In this document: positions 14,116-26,517 of the stretch, piece by piece
How the letters are laid out: the number at the start of each line of letters is the position of its first letter
Numbering within the stretch: the stretch's first letter is position 1
NCBI RefSeq assembly: GCF_964194025.1
Contig: NC_134468.1
Span: 4,898,001-4,962,000, forward strand
Origin: Convolutriloba macropyga
Taxonomy: Eukaryota
Direction: 5' to 3'
Length of the DNA stretch: 64,000 nucleotides
Translations under genes and position numbers: made by a program
Notes under the pieces: model-generated
Told to the model about the DNA's origin: nothing
Databases searched by the model: none
Seen by the model: only the letters and a program-made list of their open reading frames with translations

Positions 14116-14770
14116 TTCACGTACATCAATAAATCTGATGCTCAAAACATATCACAATATATAGCGCTCCAAAAACGGCTCTAATTTAATGTAATTTAAA
14201 CATAAAACGTGATTTTTTTAGATCTTACCGACTAACAGTTTAACCAACGTTCTATCAGCGAACACAAATTCACACTCTCTGTCCAGTATCTTATAATGGA
14301 GAGAAATTTTTTGACCGGTTATCGGTGTACTGAATTTTCTATGCACAGAAGGATTTGATTGAAGTACAAGAAGGTCCACGCGCTTTCAAAGCAAACACTA
14401 TATTAGGAGATCTACGCAACGAGGACGCTTTATCAGTCTATTTTTGCTTTAAAAAATAAGTAACATAAAACAAATATCACTTGGTTAGCTTTTGAAAGAC
14501 GTAGCACCCGATTATTAATTTTCGGCTGCTATGCTATAAAACTAGCAGCCAATTTGAAAAAAAAACAAACTAGCGTTACAGTGCTATTATTGTAAGTATC
14601 ATGCAAATTAACAATAAAACTTGAACGCGCAAAACAGTTTGAATATAATTGGAGATAAAGCCTTCTGATAAATATTGCTTAACTAAGTTAAACCAGAATT
14701 GTTTGCACTCAATCAGATTTATTTTAAAAATTCGGATTCACACTTTGGTTCTGCACATAAAAATCGACAT

Positions 14771-15135
14771 AAACAGACTAACGTCGGAAGATTATTCTCG
14801 AACGACTGGCGAAGTAATCAATTGAGAAGGGGGAATAGGCTAGAAAATAGAATTTTAAGGTGCAAAAACTTCTGATTAAGGAGGGGTTCTAACCCACGAC
14901 CTTTCGCATTAGAGGCGGGGACATTCATCTCTACGCAACACGTCTATGCAAGGTCACCAGTCACAATGGTTTAGCAACAGACTATTTCTGAATGCGTGAA
15001 ATTCAAATCGATCAAAATGACCAAAAAGGTGAAGCGTGAAAGTCACGCAAGATGTGAAATCGAAAGAATGTTCTAAAAAAATTGAAGAGACAATTTTTCA
15101 GTTGAACGAAACTTCGTTCGAGAGCAATTAACGAT
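14771..15135 (-). mobile_element. Helentron-associated non-autonomous element (HINE/DINE-1-like) containing a tRNA-like segment (about 14877-14945)
   Basis: Ends match the family at 26133 and 30628 (gactaacgtcggaaga.tt.tctcg ... cgagagcaatt). The internal minus-strand sequence ggtcgtgggttagaacccc resembles a Pol III B-box/T-arm. Confidence 0.5.
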
Positions 15136-15579
15136 AACAAAATCAACATTTTTCGAACGGAATCGTTTGACAAGTTCGGATCAAATTAATGGAACTGAAC
15201 GGCAGATAAAATTATCACAAAATTGAAACATATCTGGCAGATTGTCAGAAGATAGCCGGCAATAGCTTTGTGGATCTGCAGTCGCAAAAAGATAGTGAAA
15301 AGGACTAAAAAATTCTTTATACTAAATGATGAGATGCTAGATTTTGATTAAAAATCACTGTATAATTTACTGCTGCTTCCATTAGCTGCTCGCAAATAAA
15401 CTTCAATTAGAGTGTCATTGTTGAGAGTGAGTTAAGTTACGTATGACCAAAAACTCATTCACGCGAATGCAAAAAATTCGCAACACAGATTGAAAACTGA
15501 CGTCTTGCAAGCAATTCAATTGAAATTGCATGAACGAATGAACAAAATTCCTGGTATAAATCCCGAAATAAAAAACAAA

Positions 15580-15900
15580 GCAGGACAAGTCCTGATCTAC
15601 AATTCAAAGAATTTTCATTGACTGAACAAAAAACTAGACCTAGATTGGACAATGAATAGATTTGGAATACCATTCAGAAAAATCCGAAAATTGAAAAAAC
15701 AGAAAATCAAAGTCAAAATGCCGCATGTGAAGAAAAAGCCACTAGCGAGAAAACGAATTTTTGCTCAAATATCCTTTTCTCACTCTACTTCAAATTTAAA
15801 ATTTCACGCCGCAAAACCACTCGATTTTTCGCCCCACTTCCTGTTTTGGCGTGAAAAAAAAATCATGAAAATGTGTGAGCAGACCTTAAAAAGACAGTTG
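15580..15900. repeat. Interspersed repeat; second copy at about 29150-29660
   Basis: Shared blocks gcaggacaagtcctga, agaattttcattgact, ccactagcgagaaa, atcatgaaaatgtg. Confidence 0.75.
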
Positions 15901-16600
15901 TGTTGTTTTCACAAGTAATGTATACTGCCTGGGAAAAAAGTGATAATATTCAAACATTGAACTTTGACCGAAACTTTTTGTTCGGAAACGAGGGGCACTC
16001 GAGCGCATGGCATGCCTGGAAATATTTGTCAAATCGCTGTGACACTTTTGCTCCCTTTTGGATTGAGTGAAAGCTTTTTTTCATTTGTTTGACTCAACAA
16101 CTTTTGGTGAATAACAAATTTTAGTTTTTAATTTTGAGCAACCACTGTGTAATCAGTGAATATTGAGAAACCACTCCAAAAGCAACCCAGCATTTTTTTT
16201 CATCTTTTCACCCAAAACTGAAGGCTTGTAATTGTACTTACAATTGATCTCCACAAGTATCTATCTTGATACAAGAATGCACTTACATTAATGAGCCTTC
16301 CTTCTAACTATGCAAAAAGCTGGGTGCCAAAATTGACCTTGAACACTAAACTCACATATTTGATTTACACAAAACACATTTTCGAACATCATTTACAGTG
16401 ACAACTGGGGGGCAAATTTATCTGTTCACACTCAGTATCTAAGCAGACTGCGGTTTGAGTCCTTTCGGATTTCAGTCTGAAAATAGAGTCGTTAATATAA
16501 CGCAGAACCGATAGCAAACTTCCAAAATGTCCTCAATGTCTGTAAATGAGCGTGCATCGTCTAATGTTCTACATGTGTACTATCATCGAACACGAGGAGT

Positions 16601-16756
16601 TTAAATCTTGATCTTGGTTCGTCTCCAGTGTCTCCTCTTTGCATTGTACCTGATGGTGTTGTTGGTCTTCATTCGCACCCACTGAGGCAAAGGACGATTC
16701 TGCTTCATCTTCTTAGCCAGGCGAACCTTCTTGTAAAGGTTCTTTATGCTGCCCAT
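16601..16756 (-). CDS. RPL39: 60S ribosomal protein L39 (eL39), 51 aa, no intron in the CDS
   Basis: [51 protein letters not shown] carries the eL39 signature (KQNRP.PQW.RMKT...[13 protein letters not shown]) and has the canonical length. ATG at 16756 is preceded by a TTTTCAG acceptor 7 nt upstream. Confidence 0.97.
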   Translation of the reverse strand: MGSIKNLYKKVRLAKKMKQNRPLPQWVRMKTNNTIRYNAKRRHWRRTKIKI

Positions 16757-17560
16757 GCTAGCTCTGAAAAACATATGATTCAATTATTTCCGTGAGAAGC
16801 GTTCGATTTTTCTAGTTAATGCCCTCCAGTACGTCATGTGAACCCAATAACTTATGCCTGCTTACACCGCAAATCGTTGACTTATTTATTATAGCACCTA
16901 CGTTTCGGCGTTGCAAATAATATGCACCCAAAGAGGGGGGGGGGAGCTAAAACGGAATAGATCTCGGTCATTCGGCCGATTTTTAGACTGACTAGTAAAG
17001 CTAGTCATTTTGGATTTCTGACCACCAACATACACAAATGTAAGGAACAGAAAACTTACATCTAATACTTATACACTATTCCAAACACTGTGTTTATATA
17101 ACAATGTAGCAGGTCATAAGTGTCCAATTGACAAAAGGTGGTGGCCTAATCCTGTAAGATGGCAAATCAATCAACGTTAAATTTCTAAAAACAACAGTTA
17201 AAAATTCAATCTATATATGGTAAAATTTTCCAGACACCGTTTGATTTTTACCTCCAACAGTAATGACACTTATCAGCTATATTAGAGTTCAATGAAAATC
17301 ACATTATTTCAAACTATCGCAGATTTTTAAAATAAATCGCTTAAATTTCTCGATGTGGAATATAAGGTTTTGCTTCAGCGCAATGAATACCAAAAACTCT
17401 CACCAACTCTTCTAACTCTCTCAAATTAATGAGCTGCAATTTCAACTTTCTCCTTCGAAACATTAAACACCGGGAAGATTGGAACTTAAGAAATATCATT
17501 CTATGCAGAGCTCTTACGATGAGCCCAGCCGGTCAGATTAACTGCACCAATTTCTAATTT

Positions 17561-18691
17561 TTAAAGATTGTCAATAAACTCATAAACATCATCACCCTCT
17601 TTAAAACAATGCAGCACTTTAGTCTCCCAAGAAACAAAGTCTTCGCTTTCGAAAGGATTGTAGTCTAAACTAGGCAAAGCCTCCATCACAGCGGAGCTTA
17701 CTGCAAATTTTTGACAGCTAGCATTGCTCAATTTATTGCTCTCCTTTTCTTCACATATTGATTTATCTAAACCTTGTGTTACAATTTCACACCCTTTTTC
17801 TTCGAAACCGTTCACGAATTCACGCAGGCTATCTCGTATACACAAAATTTCATCAGTTAAATCATCGTTTTCAAGTTTTCTAGATTCCTCCAGGGTAGAA
17901 AAGTCGATTGAAAAAGAACAATCTGAAAACTGGCGTTCACATTTCTTGGACAGGTAGTTTGATTTTGATTTGCAACAAACATCAGCTTTGCCCCCATTCG
18001 CACAGCTTGAAGTTGAAACAGCACTCGTTTCTAAATCTAACACCTTCTCTAACGTACTGAACGACTCTATACTATTAGTATCGATCATCGATTCTCTAAA
18101 TCCACTCCACTGAGAGACTTGAGATTCAGTTTCGCTACTCACATCAGTCTCGGATGCCTTCCGACATCTGCCTAACTTGTTAAACTTAGACTTGAAACAT
18201 TTGCTCGGTTCCACTACGAACCCGACCTCACTTTGGTTTGCAGAATGTGGCCTGCTGTTTGGTCTGTAACAATTTAGAAAGGGAAGTTTTGAGGTCAATC
18301 GTTCCTCTTGATACGTCAACTGGTCGGCTCTGTTAACCATGTCTAAACATGACTCATACCACTTGAAGGGAACTTTGACGACCCCAAAACATTTGATTTT
18401 CTTTTGAATATTTTGTTCTGCACTGGCACTGTGATCAGTACACGTGCGCTTTCGACACAAAATACGCCTGTTTGATGCGATATTTGAGACTGTGTACGAG
18501 TTTATATTTAAACAGCCTTGACCAATCAACTCCCAGGTGTCTTTGGTTACGACAAACACGGGCAAATGTCCGTCTTTTCTGAACACAATTGCCTTCTCTT
18601 TAATTGACAAATAATTGATGGACACCTGTCGTCTAGACGAAGTACACATTTCCAGAGTTCGATTTATGCAACTGCGACCATTTATGCGCAT
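17561..18691 (-). CDS. Uncharacterised 376-aa protein (Cys-containing N-terminal region, Ser/acidic-rich C-terminal half)
   Basis: 1.13-kb stop-free ORF in AT-rich DNA with no transposon motifs. A TTTTCCAG acceptor lies immediately before the ATG, so this may be a terminal exon. Confidence 0.6.
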   Translation of the reverse strand: MRINGRSCINRTLEMCTSSRRQVSINYLSIKEKAIVFRKDGHLPVFVVTKDTWELIGQGCLNINSYTVSNIASNRRILCRKRTCTDHSASAEQNIQKKIKCFGVVKVPFKWYESCLDMVNRADQLTYQEERLTSKLPFLNCYRPNSRPHSANQSEVGFVVEPSKCFKSKFNKLGRCRKASETDVSSETESQVSQWSGFRESMIDTNSIESFSTLEKVLDLETSAVSTSSCANGGKADVCCKSKSNYLSKKCERQFSDCSFSIDFSTLEESRKLENDDLTDEILCIRDSLREFVNGFEEKGCEIVTQGLDKSICEEKESNKLSNASCQKFAVSSAVMEALPSLDYNPFESEDFVSWETKVLHCFKEGDDVYEFIDNL

Positions 18692-19344
18692 CTGGAAAAC
18701 TCTTTCAATGCCTTAACATTGAATAATCGGTTCTTTAGAATAGGTTTAACTATGTACAACTTCGTCAACATTCGCAGATTGCCTGATTAGCTACAAAAGA
18801 CGTACGCGCTGTAGAATATATTAAATAACAGTTATCTAATTGAGCTGATGCAACAAACACCCATTTAAAAACCTTAAAAAAGATTTAAAAAGTCAAACTG
18901 CCCCACGTGAACAACAACGCACCCAAAAAACTGCTCAATGTCGTTTCCTCACTCTAAATTAAAATCAGTGTGGAAAAACAGGGAACTAAGACTTTGGAAA
19001 TTCTCACAAGTAGCGACCCCAAAACAGTTATTTATATCTTACTGTGGAAAACCGATTGTGTTCAATCACTGGCTTATATTATGCTAAAAACGAGACAATC
19101 TACGTTGACGAAAGACGATACATACGCGAAAATCGAGGAAAAAGGAAAAAAAATTCACAAAAATCTGTTCACCAATTTCTGTAAAACTCTGCAGAAATTG
19201 GGAGGCCCTAAAAATTGTTCCCCAGAGGGCTTTGGGGTATTTGTTCAGCGAATACCGACAAGAGAGAACACAATAGATAACACAGTAAAATAAGAATGCC
19301 AGAACATAGCTTCACTCGGCTTTCAGATGCGCAACTATAAATAT

Positions 19345-19575
19345 AAGCCGACTAAAGTTGGACAAATTACTCTCAAATAACAGGTGGGGCAGTTTAATTC
19401 GGAGGGGGCTAAAGCTTAGATGAGTTCAAAAAGATACCGACAAGGGAAGGGCTCGAACCTGCGACCTCCAGCGTGCTAGACTAAAGCATTAAGCATAGTC
19501 ATAAGTTTTGAAATTTCTTACAACCGCTTTCGTACTAGCAACAGAATTGATTTCTGAATAAGAGCAATTTAGATA
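19345..19575 (-). mobile_element. Degenerate HINE-like repeat with tRNA-derived segment (about 19437-19495)
   Basis: The minus strand reads ggaggtcgcaggttcgagcccttccc (B-box GGTTCGA). Ends gccgactaaagttgg and agagcaattt match the HINE-like family. Confidence 0.45.
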
Positions 19576-20652
19576 ACCTAAAAATCAAGAAATCAAGCGT
19601 GAAAAAGTCGAACGAGAAGTGCTATCGAAAGGATACTCTAGAAATCTCAAAAAAGGTCAAAGGAAAGTTTTTCTCAAGATTTTCAACAGCCGCGAAACAG
19701 ACCAGTGAGACCAGGTGGTTAACAAAATCACAAAGACCAAAGAAAAAAATTTCGTTGAAAATATAGTTCTGATTTACCCTAGTTTCAAATCAAATTTAAA
19801 GCCTTTATGTATTTTAAGTAATATAGCCTTATATTTATCAAGCTTGGCGACATCTACTCAATTTACAGTGTATATTTTGCATTTAGATTTGATAAGTGAG
19901 TGATATGATAAGTCATTTGATTCAGTGAGGTAAGTCGGGTATGATTATAAATTTATTACACCTCTCACTTAGGAACCTAGAAAAGCAAAAAACTTCATGC
20001 ATACAGATTTTTGTGTGTGAGGAGTGGCAGAAGTCATAAAAAAATCGCATTATGCCAAAACCCGTGATCAAATGGTCGTAAGAAATATAGAAGACGGAAG
20101 AATAAAGCAAGAAAGTAAAGTTTTTTCCTCTTTTTCGGACTTTGCGGATTCTCCACTCAAGTAGCTACTCCGAAACAGTTCTTCACAACTTATTGTTGGA
20201 CACAGTTTGTCTTCAAAAGTTGCTTACATTATGATAAAAAAGACGAGTGATCTTAACGAACGATGAAACAAACATACGTCGTGAGAAATGAGGGAACGAT
20301 AAAATTAAAGAAAAAATTCACACATTTCTAAAAATTTCGCCAAAAAATGTGACTTCCCAACATTTATTCCCAGGGTACCCTAGGGTATATGATCAGCTAC
20401 TACTGACAGGAGAGAACACACATTAGCCAACTACATTAAAACCACGTAAGGCGTCATGCACAAAATTTCAGTTGCAGAGTGATAGATGTCACCTAGAAAA
20501 TTTATATTTTTACTTCTTTCGTGTGATCAAACGGCTGCACGGCCAACCAGTGGTTTGCTCATGTAGTAGAGATCTTGTACTTAGAGAGTCTAGCATAACG
20601 GGAGAGTATTAGAGCTTTAAGATAGTTACTTAGCGGCTATATATCTTCTTAC

Positions 20653-20827
20653 GAATCTATTCTGTCCCCCCCCCAGCTTAGTGGGCTGATATTTTTACGC
20701 CCCCCCCCCAGGCGCACGTGCTATTTTGTTACATAGTAACGTGCTATATAAAGGCAAAAAATTTGTAACTGGGGGGTGGGAGCGTAAAAAACACTGGGGG
20801 GGGGGGGGGGGCGAAACCGAAAAGACC
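20653..20827. mobile_element. Poly-C/poly-G MITE (Merlin-like family), degenerate
   Basis: Same internal sequence as the intact copies (cagcttagtg..gcgcacgtgctatttt..tagtaacgtgctatata..ttgtaactgggg..aaacactggggg). Confidence 0.75.
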
Positions 20828-21232
20828 CCTTACAAAATTTGTTTGAGAGCACAGCAAATAAATAAATCTAGGTTTTGCTATTATATTAAAAAAATGAGAA
20901 GATTAAATTCAAGTAGCAACAAGAGTTATAATTTATAAATGATACAAAGTCATCAAATGCCCGCGAACAAACAATTATTGGCGATTTATCCTTCCTTCTA
21001 CTGATTGACGCAAAAGGTGGTTGATTGATATGGAGGTGATTGAGGAAGGCTACTGTCCTGCTGACGAATAGACTAGAATCCATTGCAGCGTCTTTTCCAT
21101 TCCTTTGATCAAGACTGCCACTATAATACACAATATAAATGATTGGACATTAGGTACACGATACGTAACCAATCAACCAAACTAATCTAAAAAAATATAG
21201 CCGCCATCGCCGTTTGCGAGCTGTGATATCTT

Positions 21233-21402
21233 GAATTTATTCTGCCCCCCCCCCCCCCCCAGCTTAGTGAGCATAATTTTTTATGACCCCCAGGCGCACG
21301 TGCTATTTTCTTACATAGTAACTTTCTATATAACTACATATAATTTGTAACTGGGGGGTCATAAAAACCACTGGGGGGGGGGGGGGGGAACAGAATCGAT
21401 CC
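21233..21402. mobile_element. Poly-C/poly-G MITE (Merlin-like)
   Basis: Flanked by 8-bp TSD GATATCTT (21225-21232 and 21403-21410); family-typical internal sequence. Confidence 0.85.
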
Positions 21403-21435
21403 GATATCTTCATAGACCTGCAGTATTAAAAAGCC

Positions 21436-21616
21436 GGATCTATTCCGTTTCAGCCCCCCCCCCCCCCCCAGTGTTTTTTTATGACCCCCAATTACAAATT
21501 ATGTGTTGTTATATAGCACGTTACCATTTAAGAAAATAGAACGTGCAACTGGGGGTCATTCAAAATTTATGCTCACTAAGCTGGGGGGGGGGGGGGGGGC
21601 AAAACAGAATAGATCC
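21436..21616. mobile_element. Poly-C/poly-G MITE (Merlin-like), opposite orientation to the preceding copy
   Basis: TIRs GGATCTATTC(C/T)GTTT..CCCC and GGGG..AAACAGAATAGATCC; perfect 8-bp TSD AAAAAGCC. Confidence 0.9.
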
Positions 21617-21964
21617 AAAAAGCCAATCATTATGAAAAATTGAAGAGCTCAAGCTGTGTGAAGTCAATAATTTTGTTTATACTTATAACTGGGTTTCTCG
21701 ACGTCGGAAAAGTTTGTCTGAGGCATCAATTGACGACTATAAGTCTGAGTATTTATCTTAAACTATATTCGAGAAATTAATTTTGCCTGTTTTTTGGAGT
21801 GGGAACTTGATCTAACTTGAAAAATTGAAAAAGGAGGCCAAAAAACTTGCTCTCTGTCTGCATATCCAGAAACCGCATAATATGCCAACAATAGAAATAA
21901 TACGAACTTTTTGAGTGTCTAAACCAGAGACTGCGTATATGCGTTTGTGTATATTGGCTATAAT

Positions 21965-22162
21965 TTAATCGGTACTAACGTCCTTAACGATATTGTCGTC
22001 TTTCTGTCCGTCCGCTTGTCTCTCCCTTTCCTCAGCCGCTCTCTCTATCTCCTCTTTCCTCTGTTGATCTCTCTTCACCTTCTCAGGATCTTTCAAGCCC
22101 CTCGCCTCTTCCAAATTGCGACGACTCTCAGCTGCCTCCGCTGCACGTCTCCTCCGATCGTT
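21965..22162 (-). CDS. SVIP: Small VCP/p97-interacting protein (SVIP)-like, exon 2
   Basis: NDRRRRAAEAAESRRNLEEARGLKDPEKVKRDQQRKEEIER carries a VIM (R-x5-AA-x2-R) and the SVIP-type RG(L/I).D motif. Acceptor TATGCAG at 22169-22163, phase 0. The 3' end may splice further. Confidence 0.8.
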   Translation of the reverse strand, partial: NDRRRRAAEAAESRRNLEEARGLKDPEKVKRDQQRKEEIERAAEERERQADGQKDDNIVKDVSTD

Positions 22163-23159
22163 CTGCATAACACGAAGACAGTCAAACAATGACCAGTGCC
22201 AGCGAAAAAGATCTAATTGGCTGGATTAACGAGCACCTAATTAAACTCTAGATCATGAAATACCGTTAAAAAAAGAATATTTTTCTCAAAGCTCAGTGCT
22301 TAGTTTTCTCAGTGCTTAGTTTTAATCTCAGTGCTTAGATCATGAAATACCGTTGAAAACATAATATTTTTCTCAGTGCTTAGTTTTAAAAACAGAGTAT
22401 TTTTCTGTGATAACAAAAAAAACCAGAAAAAATTGACTTCTTATCTGGTAAGGCTGGGATCATTTATAAAAGAGGCGGTTCCTATTGAAAAAAACCATGA
22501 TTGTCATTACACGTTACAAGCAGAACGTTAAAAAACTAGCAAAACACTTTCGGAAATACTTCATTAATCCGAGCGCTCTCGGTTCCGAGCTCTAATTACA
22601 TTCGGCTTCCCGGATCATTGGCAACTTAATTATCTTGAGATTTTATTGTTCTCATCTGGTCCGTACCTTCACCCAGCTCAGTGGGTTCATATTACGTGCA
22701 ACCCCCGAACGCCCGTGTCATCTTTTCACTAAAAATTAATAATATGCAACTTAAAAAGACAAGCGTACAGTCGCTTCAAAAGTCATATCGGATCTTTTCA
22801 GTTTAATACCCCAGCTTAATGGGTCGATGAAAGAAGTTTTGTTAGGAAACACTTCAAATCATTAAGCCCCAACCGAATTCCATAACGGATCAATTCTGCC
22901 CCGCCCTTAGTTATAGGGCACAAACTTTACGATGTGCCCGTGCTAATTGTCTATATCAACTCAATTGTTAAGTGTGAGGTGAAACCGAATAGAGAATGAA
23001 CTAAAAACGCAATTACACAGGGGAGCCGGAACAGGATAGATCCGCATTATGTAACATAATCAGAACTGATTGGAACGGATCAGGATATATCTCAAGAACT
23101 AAGATTATAATTCCAGCTACAAACGTTTGGCTACTAAATTATGTTATTTGAAACGCCAT

Positions 23160-23560
23160 CGCTTCAAGTAATGGTTAAGTGACTCTGCTTGAAGTCGCTG
23201 AGAACTTCTGGCGTTTATCGAGAAACGCGAAGCTGGTTTGAGATATTAAGTCAGAATTTCGAAGTGACTTCTGCAGAGTCACTTAACAATGCTTAAAACA
23301 CGAAACGTGCACTTTTTAAAATGACGAAAGTCAAGAGAAGTCAACTTCTGGCTAAGTACCAACTTCTGGCATTTTAACTTCTGGCACTGCAGACTTTCGA
23401 AACTTCAAAATGTGCACGTGAGTGTTTTAAGCATAGGTTACGTGATTCTGATAAGTCACTGAGAAAAGTAGAGAAAAACGTAGCAGTTAAATATAAGCCC
23501 GAATTTCAAACAAAATTTAGCAGAGTGACTTATCCTAGCTACGAAGACGCACTTGGCAAG
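23160..23560. repeat. Interspersed foldback-like repeat family (other copies about 24380-24660 and 25720-25960)
   Basis: Shared gtgactctgcttgaagtc(a/g)ctgagaacttctggcg and aacttctggc motifs with internal inverted arrangement. Confidence 0.7.
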
Positions 23561-23585
23561 TTGTAACATGCCAGCTAAGTAACAT

Positions 23586-23997
23586 AACCGGCTAACGTCG
23601 GACGAATTGTTCTCAAACGACCGGCGAGCGGTTGGCTTCGTCAGTAGCTAGGTACGGTTTAGTGAGGCTAGCATTAGCTTAAATTGAAGGGGCGTAAGTG
23701 AGCGTAGCGGGGGGTGCACCGGGGGACTGATGGGGTGGCAACAGTGGGGGGGGGGGGGTCAATCTCTACAAACCGCCTTTCGCAACATGAGTATAAGTCT
23801 CCAAATCAGTTTCTGTGAATCACATACTTGGAGACCAGTGAGCTGAAAGGCTCTCAGAAAATTTGATGCCCCCTGGGCGCTACCTGGTTATCCCGTTTTT
23901 GAGAACGAAAAGTCAAATGCGTTAGACAAAAAATTGGTCAAGCAAAAAATCGCATAAGACCGACAGGACTAATATAATTGCTACAAACTTCGTTTAA
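23586..23997 (-). mobile_element. HINE/DINE-1-like element, degenerate
   Basis: Ends ccggctaacgtcggacgaattgttctc and taattgctacaaacttcg match the family. Confidence 0.55.
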
Positions 23998-24922
23998 TAA
24001 AAGCTGCGAAAGAGTAGACTTGCATGCCGTATAATACAGATAGAAACAGATACAGATCTATATTGAAAAATCGACGCCGCTCAAAAAGCTATGTAAAAAA
24101 CATTCAGCTATAAATCAATAAAGCTTGTTGAAATTCTTTCCACAGAAGCCTCAAAACAGAGTAGATCCGTTAATTTAATAACTGGATATGTTCAAAAAAT
24201 TCAACAAATAAATTGGCTATTTTCCATTATTGCCCCTTCACAATGTAAAAAAAATTAAAATTTAAGATCTCTGCAATGCCAGTTTGATGCCAGATCTCTG
24301 GAATGCCAGTTTTAAAACTGTCGGCATTTTGAAGATTTCAAATTGTATAATTCAGCCAAGGTCAGTTTGAAATTCTCATACCAATACGCGGTTCTCGATT
24401 AACACCAGCTTTTCTCAGTGATTTCATCAGAGTCACTCAACACATACTTAAAGTTAACTTCTGGCAATGGATTTAGAGCCTTCTGGCGGACTTTCTGCAT
24501 TTGAAAACTTGCACGTGCATGTTTTAAGTATTTGTTACCGGACCTGACTCTGACGAAGTCACTGCAAAAATTTGACATAACTGAGAACCCCGTAGCGTGT
24601 ACAAGTCAGAATTTGAAAATGGTTTCAGCAGTAACGTAACCTTGATTGAAACAGTAATTGGTGCTATATATAGGATCTGGCTCTGGAGTAAATTCTAGTC
24701 TATGAAACATATGGTCCACTAGGAAACGATGTTCTGTTACAGCAACCCCGCCGCCCAGCACTCTAACGCTTTGCCTCTTCAAGAAAACTGTATACTGATA
24801 CGCAATACCTCCTCACGTACCATAGTTGACTAAAATGGGCACAATTTGAGCAGTAGGGAATCTATGGGCAAAGACCACGCAAGATTAACACCGTACTTAG
24901 TTTATGAATAGTAAGTTCTCAC

Positions 24923-24970
24923 CGCTTCTTCCCTTGTTTCCCGGACTTCCGGATCGCAGCAGTTTCCCAT
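24923..24970 (-). CDS. SVIP: SVIP-like, exon 1 (MGNCCDPEVRETREEA)
   Basis: ATG at 24970-24968. The N-terminal MGxCC myristoylation/palmitoylation-type motif is like that of SVIP. A GTGAG donor at 24922 in phase 0 joins exon 2 in frame across a 2.76-kb intron. Confidence 0.75.
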
Positions 24971-26132
24971 GACAGACCAGATGCCTGCAGCCTGATGGCA
25001 ACGATGACTAAGATATGATTAAATGAAGAAAATGGGCCTTGTAAACAATTATCTGATGATGAAGGCTCACAAAATTGAAATTTTTACATTCTGTACAAAT
25101 TTACAGTCGTTTTCCATAAACTACATCTGAAATCACATAACCCACAATTAATAGGTTTTTTCAGATTCATTGAGCAGTGCTGATAATTCATCATGTACGT
25201 AATCATATGGCTAATTAGGTACCAATGGAGGTACCAATGGAGAAAGTCAAACAGTAGCCAAAAATTATCCGCCCAAACCAATGCCCAAGTTGTACCAAAA
25301 ATATTACTTAGATGCGATTCTCTAGACATGTAACGCCTTTGGAACTGTCCCCTTTTCCCCGCGTCGAATATGACCATCTGTAATTGATTGTATCTTTTCC
25401 GCTCAGCAGCCCCCCCCGTTACTGATCACGGGCCATTCAAGTAAATCATTTTTATAAAAAATATTAGCAGAGTAGGTTAAAGGACAAGGACTGTTCACCG
25501 GCGTTTTGACAGAACTCGGATTTTTTCCTTTTGTGCGCCCCAGTACGTTATGCACCTCCGCCCGTTGCAGAGAACGTGCCATTACATAGTAAATCATTAT
25601 GTAAAAATATGGTACGACCATCTGAGGGAGGGGGGCGACTAATAATATACCCGCATAAAATTAATGATTTTACGTTCAGCCTAAACTAACGCTCACATGA
25701 GTATCCCTGTTTTAAGTTAAAAGAAATGGTTACGTGACTCTGCTTGAAGTCACTGAGAACTTCTGGCGATTACCGAGAACCAGAATATCGAAGTGCCTTC
25801 TGCAGTGTCATGTAACCATGCTTAAAGCACGAAACGCGCACGTTTAAGAATGACGGAAGTCAACTTCTGGTAAGGTAGCGACTTCTGGCATTTTAACTTC
25901 TGGCACTGCAGACCTTCGGCATTTTAAAATGTGCACGTGTGTTTTAACGAGTATTACGATACTATTATCAACTGAGCATTCTGATTACCAATCACAACAG
26001 ATATGCTCATCATTTCTTATCTCTGCTGCTACGTTCTTTAACTTTGGATCTTCCCAGTTTGAATCCCCCACGATCAACTATCGTTTATACACCCTATTAC
26101 ACGGCCCGTAGTATTACGTAGTAAATGAAAAT

Positions 26133-26517
26133 AACTGACTAAACGTCGGAAGAATTGCTCTGGAACGACTAGTGGGAGCTCTAATCAATTGCAGCCTGCG
26201 CTTCAGTCGGGGGAGCCTAAATGAGACTAAGAAGTTCAATAGTGGGCTGCAAATAGCCACATTAGAGGTTAACAAATACCACTAAGATTTAAAGTGAAAA
26301 ATGGCACCAGTTTCGGAGCACTTTTCATTTGACTTTGAGTACTAAATTGTCGTTAATTGAATTCAGCTGCTTGAAATTGTGATTGAGAGAGAATTTTAGT
26401 TCACGCGAAACACAAAAAGCCACGGGCGTAAAAGTCAAAACGGTCAAGCAAAAATTTTGCATTAAAAAAGACACACACGTTTACAATAATTCCTTCTCTA
26501 CGAGAGCAATTAATTAT
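26133..26517 (-). mobile_element. Helentron-associated non-autonomous element (HINE/DINE-1-like)
   Basis: Closely similar to 30628-31036; subTIR AATTGCTC at both ends and a terminal short palindrome. Confidence 0.7.

Noticed and set aside
14877-14945. Functional tRNA genes here and at about 19437-19495 and 58660-58727
   Set aside because: Only A/B-box remnants are present; acceptor and anticodon stems cannot be closed, and two are embedded in repeats.
16757-16783. N-terminal extension of RPL39 shown in the ORF track (60 aa)
   Set aside because: It crosses a TTTTCAG acceptor; the ATG at 16756 gives the canonical 51-aa protein.
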